Of a stretch of 64,000 nt of DNA, positions 49,534 to 59,721 are shown in pieces (the stretch's first letter is position 1; each line of letters begins with the position of its first letter). This stretch comes from Rickettsia typhi (GTDB lineage Bacteria; Pseudomonadota; Alphaproteobacteria; Rickettsiales; UBA1997), in the NCBI GenBank assembly GCA_945865905.1, contig CAMBFC010000007.1:7706-71705 (forward strand). The letters run 5' to 3'. Under the pieces are notes generated by a model. The model did not search any database, had not been told where the DNA came from, and worked only from the letters and a program-made list of their open reading frames with translations. The translations under genes and the position numbers were made by a program.

Positions 49534-49980
49534 ATGCCATCAATCGCACTATTCGAACCAGAAATTGCTGGCAATGTCGGAACGATAATTCGCACCAATG
49601 CGTGCTTTGATGCGCCGCTTCACATCATAGAGCCATGCGGTTTCCCCTTTGATATGCAGCGTATAAAAAAATCAGCCCTAGATTATATTGAGCACACAAA
49701 AATTATCCGCCACGCCTCATTTTCAGCATTTTTTCAAACAGAAATCATTGATAAAAAATGCCGTTTAATTTTAGCAACAACCAAAGGATCAATCGATTAT
49801 CGCAAATTCAAATTCCAAGAAAATGATATAATTCTTTTTGGCAAAGAAAGCGCTGGAGTGCCTGAAAATGTGGCTTTGCAGGCTCATGCAAAAATTTTAA
49901 TCCCAATGCAAAATCAAATGCGTTCACTAAATATTGCGATTTCTTGCGGCATTATTTTAGCGCGCGCCGTTGCAACATAA
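49534..49980 (+). CDS. trmL: tRNA (cytidine/uridine-2'-O)-methyltransferase TrmL (SpoU family)
   Basis: 148 aa: FEPEIAGNVGTIIRTNACF...HIIEPCGFPFD...LDY, with the C-terminal SLNIAISCGIIL knot motif. Confidence 0.85.
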   Translation: MPSIALFEPEIAGNVGTIIRTNACFDAPLHIIEPCGFPFDMQRIKKSALDYIEHTKIIRHASFSAFFQTEIIDKKCRLILATTKGSIDYRKFKFQENDIILFGKESAGVPENVALQAHAKILIPMQNQMRSLNIAISCGIILARAVAT

Positions 49981-50076
49981 AAAATCACTAAACCATAAGG
50001 TGACACTTCACGGTTTAATAATTTTGGCAATTCTAATAAATGGCTTTTACTTATTTAAAATTTGCCATTCGTGGCA

Positions 50077-50178
50077 GATAAATCATCGACTGCTTATTGA
50101 TTTTATGTAGCTGTGCTTGCGCGCGAAATAAAATCAATAAGCAGTCGATGATTTATCGTTAAAGGAGATCTAAACACA
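50077..50178 (-). repeat. Family-A hairpin repeat, copy A4 (inverted orientation)
   Basis: Hairpin 50077-50157 has perfect 29-nt arms around ATGTAGCTGTGCTTGCGCGCGAAAT. Terminus GGAGATCTAAACACA on the right. Confidence 0.9.
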
Positions 50179-50219
50179 AAGATTTACCACAGCAAAGATC
50201 CAGAAAATCACAGCACTAA

Positions 50220-51791
50220 TTAATTCCGCGGCATCACATCCAAAATTGGCGCAATATTTTTAACAACTCTCCCCGCCACGGGCGCCGCAACCATCCCGCC
50301 AGTATTAAACGAGTAATTAGGATGATCCAAAACCACATAAACCAAATATTTTGGCTGCGAAATTGGAAAAACCGCAATAAAAGAAGCGATAGTTTGCGTT
50401 TCATTATAGCCTTTTCCTTCAACTTTATTCGCCGTGCCAGTTTTGCCACCAACTTCATAACCTTCAATATTAGCAAAGCGTCCTGTACCTTCCATTGCAA
50501 CCTTTCGCAGCATTACACGCATAATCGCCGAAGTTGATTCTTTGATAATACGACGACCATCGGGCTGTTTTTTTAGCTTTAAAAATGATGGATTATAGAA
50601 AATTCCGCCATTGATAATTGCCGCAGTCGCAGTAGCAATATGCAGCGGCGTAACAGCAATACCGTGGCCGTAAGAGATTGTATATAAACTAATATCGCGC
50701 CAATCTTTCGGATAAATCGGGCGACCAAGCCCCGGAAAATCAACCTCCAGCTTCTTCAAAAAATTAATATCTTTCATAAAATCACGCTGATTATCGATAC
50801 CAATTTTTTGCGCGATCTGCACCGTTCCTATGTTGGAGGAATGTGAGAAAATTTCTGCAACAGTCATCTCGCCCTTAAATGGGTGATCATCTTTAATAGT
50901 AAAGCGCCCGTATTTGATTGGGTCGGAGACATTATAAACATCATCCATCGTGATCAAATTTTTTTCAAAAGCGATGGCATTAGTAAAAATTTTGAAGATC
51001 GAGCCAAGCTCATAGACGCCGTTAGTGACGCGGTTAAAGCGTTCATCCTGCGATGCATCTTGCTGCAAATTGGGATCAAAACTTGGCAATGAAGAAAGCG
51101 CCAAAATTTCGCCATTAGTAACATCCATAACCACGCCAGAAGCGGCTTTAGCCTTGAATTCTTCAATGCCATTCAACAATTCATTATTGAGAATATCTTG
51201 CACACGCACATCTGCCGCCAGCTGCAGCTTTTCTTCTTCGCGCAACAGTGATTTATTATATTGCATTTCCATGCCCGCAAGGCCCTGCCGATCTAGGTCT
51301 ACATAGCCAACAAGATGCGACAAAATTGATCTTTGCGGATAAACCCGAATGCGATCATCCTCAAAAAGCAGGCCCGCCATTTTTAAATTTTGAACCCGCT
51401 CTTCTTGTGCAGGAGTAACATTGCGGCGAATTAACACCCAACCCTTATGGCTTTTATTTGATTTGCGATCAGAGATTTTTTTGATAATTTCTTGATAAGT
51501 TAAATCAGGAAAAATAGTGACCAAGCCTTTAGCAATAAGGTTTGCATCCTTCACCAAAATATTACTAACATAAAGTGATTTTGTTTTTAAATCAGTAGCC
51601 ACCAAAACATCATTGCGATCAACAATATCGCCGCGCTTATTGATTTTATTGAGGTCGTAGATGAATTTAATTTTGACCTTATCGCCAAATCCCGCCAAAA
51701 AAAATAGGCGCAAAATAATGGCAATAAAAATTGTTAGGATAAAAAAATAAACAAAAACTAAGCGACTTTTTTTAAGTTCTGCAATTGCCAT
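50220..51791 (-). CDS. ftsI: Peptidoglycan D,D-transpeptidase (class B PBP, FtsI-like)
   Basis: N-terminal TM anchor plus transpeptidase motifs SIFK (SxxK), SSN (SxN) and KTGT. Confidence 0.88.
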   Translation of the reverse strand: MAIAELKKSRLVFVYFFILTIFIAIILRLFFLAGFGDKVKIKFIYDLNKINKRGDIVDRNDVLVATDLKTKSLYVSNILVKDANLIAKGLVTIFPDLTYQEIIKKISDRKSNKSHKGWVLIRRNVTPAQEERVQNLKMAGLLFEDDRIRVYPQRSILSHLVGYVDLDRQGLAGMEMQYNKSLLREEEKLQLAADVRVQDILNNELLNGIEEFKAKAASGVVMDVTNGEILALSSLPSFDPNLQQDASQDERFNRVTNGVYELGSIFKIFTNAIAFEKNLITMDDVYNVSDPIKYGRFTIKDDHPFKGEMTVAEIFSHSSNIGTVQIAQKIGIDNQRDFMKDINFLKKLEVDFPGLGRPIYPKDWRDISLYTISYGHGIAVTPLHIATATAAIINGGIFYNPSFLKLKKQPDGRRIIKESTSAIMRVMLRKVAMEGTGRFANIEGYEVGGKTGTANKVEGKGYNETQTIASFIAVFPISQPKYLVYVVLDHPNYSFNTGGMVAAPVAGRVVKNIAPILDVMPRN

Positions 51792-51864
51792 TTTAAAAAA
51801 TTTGAAATTTACAAAAGCTGATCACAAGATTTGCGATCAGCTCTGTAAAGCAGTAGCAGCAAGG

Positions 51865-52815
<951 letters not shown>

Positions 52816-52951
52816 TTAAAATAGTTAAAATTATTAAATGTTGAGACAGCGTCTAGATCTGATTTTAAGCAGGCGCGCGCTAAAAATATATAGCTTTTTT
52901 TAAAAAAATTTAAACTAAAAATCTAGCAATTGTTGCTAAAAATTAATAATG

Positions 52952-53560
52952 CTAAATTTTTAAATGATTTTTTATTGCTTCGGCAATTTCAGCAATATTT
53001 TTCGTGCCATCAATCACAATAATTCGAGAGTTTTTTCGTGCCATTTGCAAAAATCCCTCACGCGTTTTTTGATGAAAATCCTTGCCAAATTTTTCATAGC
53101 GATTATTTGTTGATCGCCCCTCAATTCTTGCAAATGCTAGCTCTACTGGCACATCAATCAAAAAAGTTATATCGGGCACAAAATCATCAATCGCTAAATT
53201 TTTTACTTTTTCAATTAAAGCAAGATCGGCGCCAAAACCAAATCCTTGATAAGCAAAAGTTGAATCAAAAAATCGATCTGAAATTACGATTTTTCCAGCT
53301 TTTATCGAGGGCTTAATTAATTTTTCAACATGCTCAATTCTTGCAGCAAAATTCAAAAAAATTTCACTTTTTGCTTCAAGTTTCGCAATATTTTCATCAA
53401 GCAAAACCCCGCGAATCAGCTCTGCAGCAGTCACACCTCCGGGTTCGCGAGTAATGATTGCATCATAATTTTTTGTAAGTAAAAATTCATGCAACATTTT
53501 GGATTGCGTTGATTTTCCTGATCCCTCAATGCCTTCAAAAGTAATAAATTTATATTTCAT
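52952..53560 (-). CDS. tmk: Thymidylate kinase
   Basis: P-loop FITFEGIEGSGKSTQ and DRF motif. ATG at 53560 chosen; the ORF track extends 20 codons further upstream into the divergent gene. Confidence 0.9.
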   Translation of the reverse strand: MKYKFITFEGIEGSGKSTQSKMLHEFLLTKNYDAIITREPGGVTAAELIRGVLLDENIAKLEAKSEIFLNFAARIEHVEKLIKPSIKAGKIVISDRFFDSTFAYQGFGFGADLALIEKVKNLAIDDFVPDITFLIDVPVELAFARIEGRSTNNRYEKFGKDFHQKTREGFLQMARKNSRIIVIDGTKNIAEIAEAIKNHLKI

Positions 53561-53562
53561 AG

Positions 53563-54318
53563 ATGAATATTTTAATAAGTGGTGCCAATAGCGGTATAGG
53601 CCGCGCCCTTGCAATCGCATATTCTGCGCCTAACATAAATTTATTTTTATGTGCGCGCAATTTGCAAAAGCTACAAGAGGTTAAAGAGATTTGTCGTGAA
53701 TTAAAAGCTAATGTTTTTATTAAATCACTTGATGTTAAAAATGAAGAAGAATCGCGCGCATGGATTCAAAAAATAGAAGAAAATTACCCGCTAGATTTAA
53801 TAATTGCCAGTGCCGGAATCTCTGCTGGCACTAGTGGCGGCATTGAAAGCTCTCAACAAATCAAAGAAATTTTTTCAACTAATATCTACGGAATTCTCAA
53901 CATTATTAATCCCGCGATTGAAAAAATGAAGCAAAGAAAATCGGGGCAAATAGCGCTACTAGCCTCTCTAGCTGGCTTTCGAGGTCTACCATCTGCTCCA
54001 GCATATTCTGCTAGCAAAGCGGCGGTTAAGGTTTATGGTGAGGCTTTGCGCGGCAACTTAGCTGAGTTTGGAATCAAGGTAAATGTGGTTTGCCCTGGTT
54101 ATGTAAAAACCCCAATGACTGATGTGAATGATTTTCCAATGCCATTTTTAATGCCAGTTGAAAAAGCAGCAAAAATAATAAAAAATGGCATCAGAAAAAA
54201 TAAATCACGAATCGCTTTTCCATTTCCACTTTATTTTGTGGTATGGCTTGCAGCCTTGCTTCCAACCAGTTTAACCGATAGAATTTTTGCAAAATTGCCC
54301 AAGAAAAAGGCTTTATAA
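53563..54318 (+). CDS. Short-chain dehydrogenase/reductase (SDR) family oxidoreductase
   Basis: Cofactor motif ISGANSGIG, NAG-like ASAG, catalytic YSASK. Confidence 0.88.
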   Translation: MNILISGANSGIGRALAIAYSAPNINLFLCARNLQKLQEVKEICRELKANVFIKSLDVKNEEESRAWIQKIEENYPLDLIIASAGISAGTSGGIESSQQIKEIFSTNIYGILNIINPAIEKMKQRKSGQIALLASLAGFRGLPSAPAYSASKAAVKVYGEALRGNLAEFGIKVNVVCPGYVKTPMTDVNDFPMPFLMPVEKAAKIIKNGIRKNKSRIAFPFPLYFVVWLAALLPTSLTDRIFAKLPKKKAL

Positions 54319-54329
54319 AGTGGGAGAGG

Positions 54330-54507
54330 GTAGAGAATTAGGTTTGAGTTATAAATTATCTCGTGAGTATGGGAGAGGAGCTCTGAGGCGAGTTCTGCGC
54401 TTCATCGCAAGCTACGCTTGCTTAAATCAGATGAACGCGGTGTCTGAGCAGCAGAGCTCCTCTCCCATACTCACGAGATAATTTATAACTAAAACCTAAT
54501 TCTCTAC
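54330..54507 (-). repeat. Family-B hairpin repeat, copy B7 (56-nt arms; right arm overlaps the last 3 codons plus stop of the downstream gene)
   Basis: Arms GTAGAGAATTAGGTTTGAGTTATAAATTATCTCGTGAGTATGGGAGAGGAGCTCTG and its complement, with one G:A mismatch. Typical inverted B core. Confidence 0.92.
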
Positions 54508-55293
54508 AATAAACCCATTTTCCTTAAAAATATTCTTCGCCTGCGTCGTCTTCAAAAACTTCAAAAATTCTCGCGCAATATCCATATTATCACCAGCAAT
54601 CACCAGTGCTTGATAAAAAAGATGCTGACTTTTCTTGCGCGATAAAATTCTTAACTCATCGCGATTATTAACCTGACTCGCCAATAAAATCGCATAGCTA
54701 TCGGCATTATCTTGCAATAAATTTGCGATTGACGATTTATCTTCACTCAGTTTTGTAAATAGCTTAATATCATGAATCTGTAGTGATTCTATGATATTTT
54801 TGCTATATTTTCCTAACGAAGAATCTTCGTTATCGATGATTAAATTTAAGTGATTTTGGTTTAAAATTTGTAACGCTTCTTCAAAATCAGGATTTTTTTC
54901 TAGCAAATAACTTGGTGCTGATAAATTATCATGAGAGGTTACCAGAACTAGATCATCGCTAGCAATATGGCTAACATTATAAATATCAATCAGGCCTTTT
55001 TGCTTCAAATTAAGCAACCAATCTTGGTGAGCCGAAATAAAAACATCCGCTGGTTCACCAGAGTCAATATCATTGATTAAGTCAGCAGCAGAAGCAAACC
55101 CCACCGAAACAATCACCGCATTTTTTTGCGAATAAGTGCGTGAAATTTTAGTGAGGGCAGCAACCAAATTGGGCTCAGCAAGAACGGTTAAGCTCTTGAT
55201 TTGAGAAGCATTAACCGTGGTTGCGCAAAATAAGAACAGCACCGTAAATGCCAAAATATTTTGCAATAATCCACGGCCAAAATTTAAAATCAT
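54496..55293 (-). CDS. Periplasmic substrate-binding protein, ModA-like (molybdate/anion SBP family)
   Basis: Signal-like N-terminus. LTVLAEPNLVAALTKISRTYSQKN...SVGFASAADLINDIDSGEPADVFISA resembles the ModA family. 4-nt overlap with nrdB. Confidence 0.45.
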   Translation of the reverse strand: MILNFGRGLLQNILAFTVLFLFCATTVNASQIKSLTVLAEPNLVAALTKISRTYSQKNAVIVSVGFASAADLINDIDSGEPADVFISAHQDWLLNLKQKGLIDIYNVSHIASDDLVLVTSHDNLSAPSYLLEKNPDFEEALQILNQNHLNLIIDNEDSSLGKYSKNIIESLQIHDIKLFTKLSEDKSSIANLLQDNADSYAILLASQVNNRDELRILSRKKSQHLFYQALVIAGDNMDIAREFLKFLKTTQAKNIFKENGFIVEN

Positions 55294-56285
55294 ACCGATA
55301 ACATAGTTTTGCGTTGATCGTCAATTTCATCAAATACCTCTTCCCATGTTCCAGTAGTAGATGCCTTGCTATATTCAGTAACACGATTTTCGAAGAAATT
55401 TGTATGCTCAACGCCGTTCAAAATTTCATCCAACCAAGGAAGTGGATTATTATCGATCATATAAATATCCTTCAAACCTAGCTGGTTCAAGCGTCTATCG
55501 GCAATATAGCGAATATATCTTTTTACTTCGCGAGAAGTTAATCCTTCAATATTTCCCATTTCAAAAGCCAAATCGATAAAGGCATCTTCAAAATGCACAA
55601 TCGTCGCGCAAGCTTCATACAAGCGGCCCTTTAGTTCTTCATCCCAAACTTCAGGATTTTCTTGTACAAAAGTACGGAATAATTTGATGATCGAAGCTGT
55701 GTGCAAACTTTCATCGCGCACCGACCAAGCCACGATTTGCCCCATTCCTTTCATTTTGCCAAAGCGCTGAAAATTCAACAAAATCGCAAAAGAAGCAAAA
55801 AGTTGCAATCCTTCAGTAAAGCCACCAAACACCGCCAGAGTAGTCGCGATATCTTTTTTGGTAGCAACACCAAATTTATGCATGAAGTCATATTTATCCT
55901 TCATCTCTTTATATTTCATGAAAGCAGAATATTCTTGCTCTGGCATGCCAATAGTATCAAGCAAATGCGAATAAGCGGCAATATGCACGGTTTCCATATT
56001 AGAAAAAGCCGCCAACATCATCTGCACTTCTGTTGGTTGAAAAACCCGCGAATAATGCTTCATGTAGCAGTTATTCACCTCAATATCTGCCTGAGTAAAA
56101 AAGCGAAAAATTTGCGTCAAAAGATTTTTTTCTCCCGCAGTTAAATTATGCTTCCAATCGCGCACATCATCCGCTAAAGGAACTTCTTCAGGAAGCCAAT
56201 GAATCTGCTGTTGCTTAAGCCATGCATCATAAGCCCAAGGATAGTGAAAAGGTTTGTAAATCGGTTTTGAATCTAGTAAAGACAT
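55290..56285 (-). CDS. nrdB: Ribonucleotide-diphosphate reductase beta subunit
   Basis: Ferritin-like di-iron protein with ExxH pairs (METVHIAAYSH and, tentatively, RDESLHTA) and an acidic C-terminal tail WEEVFDEIDD. Confidence 0.9.
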   Translation of the reverse strand: MSLLDSKPIYKPFHYPWAYDAWLKQQQIHWLPEEVPLADDVRDWKHNLTAGEKNLLTQIFRFFTQADIEVNNCYMKHYSRVFQPTEVQMMLAAFSNMETVHIAAYSHLLDTIGMPEQEYSAFMKYKEMKDKYDFMHKFGVATKKDIATTLAVFGGFTEGLQLFASFAILLNFQRFGKMKGMGQIVAWSVRDESLHTASIIKLFRTFVQENPEVWDEELKGRLYEACATIVHFEDAFIDLAFEMGNIEGLTSREVKRYIRYIADRRLNQLGLKDIYMIDNNPLPWLDEILNGVEHTNFFENRVTEYSKASTTGTWEEVFDEIDDQRKTMLSV

Positions 56286-56460
56286 AAATCAAATTATTGT
56301 TAATCTCGGATTATAAATTTAATTCTTTTTTAAAAGAAACGAAAGGAGTTTTTTATTTTTTTTTAGCAACTTTATAAGTCCAACATTAATAAGCTGCGCG
56401 AAGCAATTTGCAGGTTTTTTATCGCGTTAAAAAGAAAAATCCACCTGACTACTGAAAAAA

Positions 56461-57681
56461 TTAGCTAACATTGCAGAGCCTTGAACTGGGTTTAGTTTTT
56501 TTGGCTTCGGGTTTACTGGCGCTTGCCGCAGGAGAAGCTGCTTTAAAATGCCTAGATCCTATCTCTGAAGTGCCTTGAGATAACGCAATTGCTTTAGCTA
56601 AATCTTCATCCTGATTCGTACCTTCTGACTGACTCGCAGAAATTGCTGCATGAGCATCGCCTCCACCCTCTAAGGATAACGCAATTGCTTTAGCTAGCTC
56701 CGCATCCTGATTCGTGGCAACAAGGCCATCAAAACTTCTCCTTAAATTCTCAACTCTTGTCATCTTATCTACCAAATTTTCTTCTTGTTGACCATAAGTG
56801 TCTAACATCTTTCTTAGCGCTGGAACAGTTGTTCTTATTGCTCCCACATAATCATCGCCCACAACTAAAGGATCAATAAAATCCTTTATAGATAATTTGC
56901 TATCAATTGCCCCCAAATCCTTAAATCTATTAAATTGATTAGAAAATGCCTGATAATTTTCTGTATTTTCTCTTAAATGCCCAAGATGTTCTGCTGAGCC
57001 ATTTGCCGCTTGAGCTGCAAATTCCAAAACTTGATTATTATATCCAATTCCCATTTCTACATCAATAAGGGCAGCAACAACCCTTGTAGGTCTCGCACCA
57101 TCCCTTGATAACTCGTCAACTCTTCTAACATTATCAGGCTCGTCATCAATATAAATTGCGACTCCTCCTCCCCTCCTAGCAACCTCAAGGCCCTGAAGAT
57201 ATGATAAAACTTGAGCTTTTTTGTCAAAGCGCTCATCTCCCGATATAACTTGAGCATCATCAGCCCCAAGACCAGATCCCGTTATCACTGCACTTGCTTG
57301 AGTAATATCTGCTTTTGCCAAAGCTGAGCCCTCTACAACCTTAAATCTTTTGTAATAATCTCCGGGTTTGCGACCTGGAAGCAGATCATTTGTGATACAA
57401 ACAGTTATTTCCTTCCCAAGAGCGCGTGCAATTTCTGCCTCAACTTTTTGCAATCCCATGTTGCGCCAATTAACATTTTGATTTTTTATTGCAGATCGCA
57501 AAAATCTTGCTCCAAAGGCAGTAGCATTTCTTCCAGTAATTTCAGCGCAATCAGCAATATTGCCTTTATTTGCTGCAATAAACTCAAGCACAGCATCGTT
57601 GTAGAAGCCATCAATATTGCTAACCATGCAACCATCAACATCGACTAAAAAGGTAAATTGAGGTAAAACTTTAGTCGGCAT
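56461..57681 (-). CDS. Hypothetical protein with two C-terminal ubiquitin-interacting motifs (UIM) and a polybasic CaaX-like C-terminus; possible HAD-like N-terminal domain
   Basis: 406 aa. NQDAELAKAIALSLEGG (res 324-340) and NQDEDLAKAIALSQG (res 356-370) fit the UIM consensus. C-terminus is KPEAKKTKPSSRLCNVS. N-terminal LVDVDGCM and IYIDDEPDN are HAD-like. Confidence 0.6.
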   Translation of the reverse strand: MPTKVLPQFTFLVDVDGCMVSNIDGFYNDAVLEFIAANKGNIADCAEITGRNATAFGARFLRSAIKNQNVNWRNMGLQKVEAEIARALGKEITVCITNDLLPGRKPGDYYKRFKVVEGSALAKADITQASAVITGSGLGADDAQVISGDERFDKKAQVLSYLQGLEVARRGGGVAIYIDDEPDNVRRVDELSRDGARPTRVVAALIDVEMGIGYNNQVLEFAAQAANGSAEHLGHLRENTENYQAFSNQFNRFKDLGAIDSKLSIKDFIDPLVVGDDYVGAIRTTVPALRKMLDTYGQQEENLVDKMTRVENLRRSFDGLVATNQDAELAKAIALSLEGGGDAHAAISASQSEGTNQDEDLAKAIALSQGTSEIGSRHFKAASPAASASKPEAKKTKPSSRLCNVS

Positions 57682-57849
57682 AAAATGAATAAATTATTAG
57701 ATAAAATAAATCTTTCCCAAAGTTAGTAAATTTTTTTTAATAAAAGCAATTAAATTAAAAATAAATTATTCCCCTTTGTATATTTTACTTGCAGGCCAAG
57801 AGATAAAACTTAAGGCTCAATATATCAAAATAGTTTTGCCAAAAAATAC

Positions 57850-57877
57850 TTGACTACATTCCTAGGTTTTTTATAAT
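57850..57877 (+). promoter_or_regulatory. Sigma-70-type promoter upstream of the peroxiredoxin gene
   Basis: TTGACT, 16-nt spacer, TATAAT; ~40 nt upstream of the start codon at 57915. Confidence 0.5.
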
Positions 57878-57914
57878 TAACAGCCAATAACAACCCAAAA
57901 ACTTTTTAAATTAT

Positions 57915-58517
57915 ATGTCAGTATTAGTAGGAAAAAAAGCCCCAGATTTTACCGCAGCAGCAGTTATGGGCAACAATGAAGTCAACGATAAATTCAATCT
58001 TCACGCTTTCTTAAAAGGCAAAATCGGCGTATTATTTTTTTACCCACTAGATTTCACTTTTGTTTGTCCATCAGAAATCATCGCTTTTAATCACCGCCTT
58101 AAAGATTTTCATGCCCTAGGCGCAGAAGTCATCGGCGTTTCAGTCGATTCACATTTTTCTCACATCGCATGGAAAAATACCGAAGTTAACAATGGTGGAA
58201 TCGGCCAAGTGCAATATCCACTAGTTGCAGATTTAACCAAAAACATCGCTCGTGATTATGATGTTTTAATCAATGAAGCCGTGGCTTTGCGTGGCACTTT
58301 CTTAATCGATCAAGATGGCGTTGTTCGCCACCAAGTTATCAATGATTTGCCACTCGGACGCAATATCGACGAGGCTATCCGCATGGTTGAAGCTCTAAAA
58401 TTCTTCCAAGCTCATGGCGAAGTTTGTCCTGCAGGTTGGAACAAAGGAAAAAAAGGTATGAAGCCAAACGCAGCAGGCGTTGCTGAATATCTTGCCGGCA
58501 ATGCAAAAGATTTGTAG
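57915..58517 (+). CDS. ahpC: Typical 2-Cys peroxiredoxin (AhpC/Prx1 family)
   Basis: Peroxidatic Cys in FTFVCPSEI, resolving Cys in GEVCPAGW. Confidence 0.92.
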   Translation: MSVLVGKKAPDFTAAAVMGNNEVNDKFNLHAFLKGKIGVLFFYPLDFTFVCPSEIIAFNHRLKDFHALGAEVIGVSVDSHFSHIAWKNTEVNNGGIGQVQYPLVADLTKNIARDYDVLINEAVALRGTFLIDQDGVVRHQVINDLPLGRNIDEAIRMVEALKFFQAHGEVCPAGWNKGKKGMKPNAAGVAEYLAGNAKDL

Positions 58518-58596
58518 TTAATTTTTGAGGGGCGTGCAGTTTTTTGCTTCGCCCCCCAATTGATATATGATTTCAATAAGGCAAAAAAAACTTCGC

Positions 58597-58624
58597 TTGA
58601 CTTGAAAAACAAAACAGCTAAATT
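58597..58624 (+). promoter_or_regulatory. Candidate sigma-70 promoter of rpsL-rpsG
   Basis: TTGACT, 16-nt spacer, TAAATT; ~90 nt upstream of rpsL. Confidence 0.35.
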
Positions 58625-58712
58625 ATTTGCCCCTTGAAATAAATAGTTTGATAAATACCTAGGGAAAATTATCACACAGCAATAAATTTTAATATTTTTA
58701 ATAAATTTTTCG

Positions 58713-59084
58713 ATGCCAACAGTTAATCAGCTTATCAGAAAGCCAAGAATCGGCCAAACCAAGAAGAACAAGGTTCCGGCTATGCAAGGATGCCCACAAA
58801 AAAGAGGTGTTTGTACCCGTGTTTATACCACAACTCCAAAAAAACCAAACTCAGCACTTCGTAAAGTTGCGCGCGTTAAACTTACCAACGGACATGAAGT
58901 TATTGCTTACATTCCGGGTGAGGGTCATAACTTGCAAGAACACTCTGTTGTCGCGCTTCGCGGTGGCCGTGTAAAAGATTTGCCGGGTGTGCGTTATCAC
59001 TTGATAAGAGGTTACTTGGATACTCAAGGCGTTAAAAATCGCAAACAATCTCGTTCAAAATACGGTGCACAAAAACCTAAATAG
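58713..59084 (+). CDS. rpsL: 30S ribosomal protein S12
   Basis: [10 protein letters not shown]...[19 protein letters not shown]; 123 aa. Confidence 0.98.
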   Translation: MPTVNQLIRKPRIGQTKKNKVPAMQGCPQKRGVCTRVYTTTPKKPNSALRKVARVKLTNGHEVIAYIPGEGHNLQEHSVVALRGGRVKDLPGVRYHLIRGYLDTQGVKNRKQSRSKYGAQKPK

Positions 59085-59120
59085 TTTCTCATATTATAAT
59101 ATTTTTTAAGTTAGTAAATC

Positions 59121-59588
59121 ATGCGTAGAAGAGCTGCACAAGTAAGAAAAATCATTCCAGATGCCAAATATGGCGAAATCATCGTTTCTCGATTTGTTAA
59201 TCGTTTGATGGATGATGGCAAAAAATCAGTTGTTGAAAAAGCTATTTACCAAGCTTTCGATGAAATTGAAAAAAAATTCAAAAGAAACCCAGTTGAGGTT
59301 TTTAAAGAAGCTATGGATAATGTAACTCCAAAAGTTGAAGTTAGATCTCGCAGAATTGGCGGCGCAACTTACCAAATTCCAGTTGAAGTTTCTCCTAGAC
59401 GCGGTTCAGCTTTGGCTTTAAAATGGCTAAAAATTGCAATCTGCAATATCAAAGGAAAAGGCCTATCTAACAAAGTTCAATTCGTTATTGTTGAATCTCT
59501 AGAAAATAAAGGTTGGGCAGTTAAAAAACGCGAAGAAGTTTTCAAAATGGCTGAAGCAAACAAAGCTTTTGCTCACTATCGTTGGTAG
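59121..59588 (+). CDS. rpsG: 30S ribosomal protein S7
   Basis: MRRRAAQVRKIIPDAKYG...GGATYQIPVEV...AFAHYRW; 155 aa. Confidence 0.98.
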   Translation: MRRRAAQVRKIIPDAKYGEIIVSRFVNRLMDDGKKSVVEKAIYQAFDEIEKKFKRNPVEVFKEAMDNVTPKVEVRSRRIGGATYQIPVEVSPRRGSALALKWLKIAICNIKGKGLSNKVQFVIVESLENKGWAVKKREEVFKMAEANKAFAHYRW

Positions 59589-59609
59589 TATTAAGCAAAA
59601 TTATTTTAA

Positions 59610-59645
59610 AAAAGGTGGTCGCAAAATTTGTGGCCACCTTTTTTT
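59610..59645 (+). terminator. Rho-independent terminator after rpsG
   Basis: A-run, stem GGTGGTC/GGCCACC (one T:G), then T7. Unexpected inside a normally contiguous str operon. Confidence 0.7.
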
Positions 59646-59721
59646 ATGCAAAATTGTTTAGCTTTTTAGAGTTGCGCTAATATATTTTGCGCCAATTAAA
59701 CATTTTAGAAAAATTTTATTA

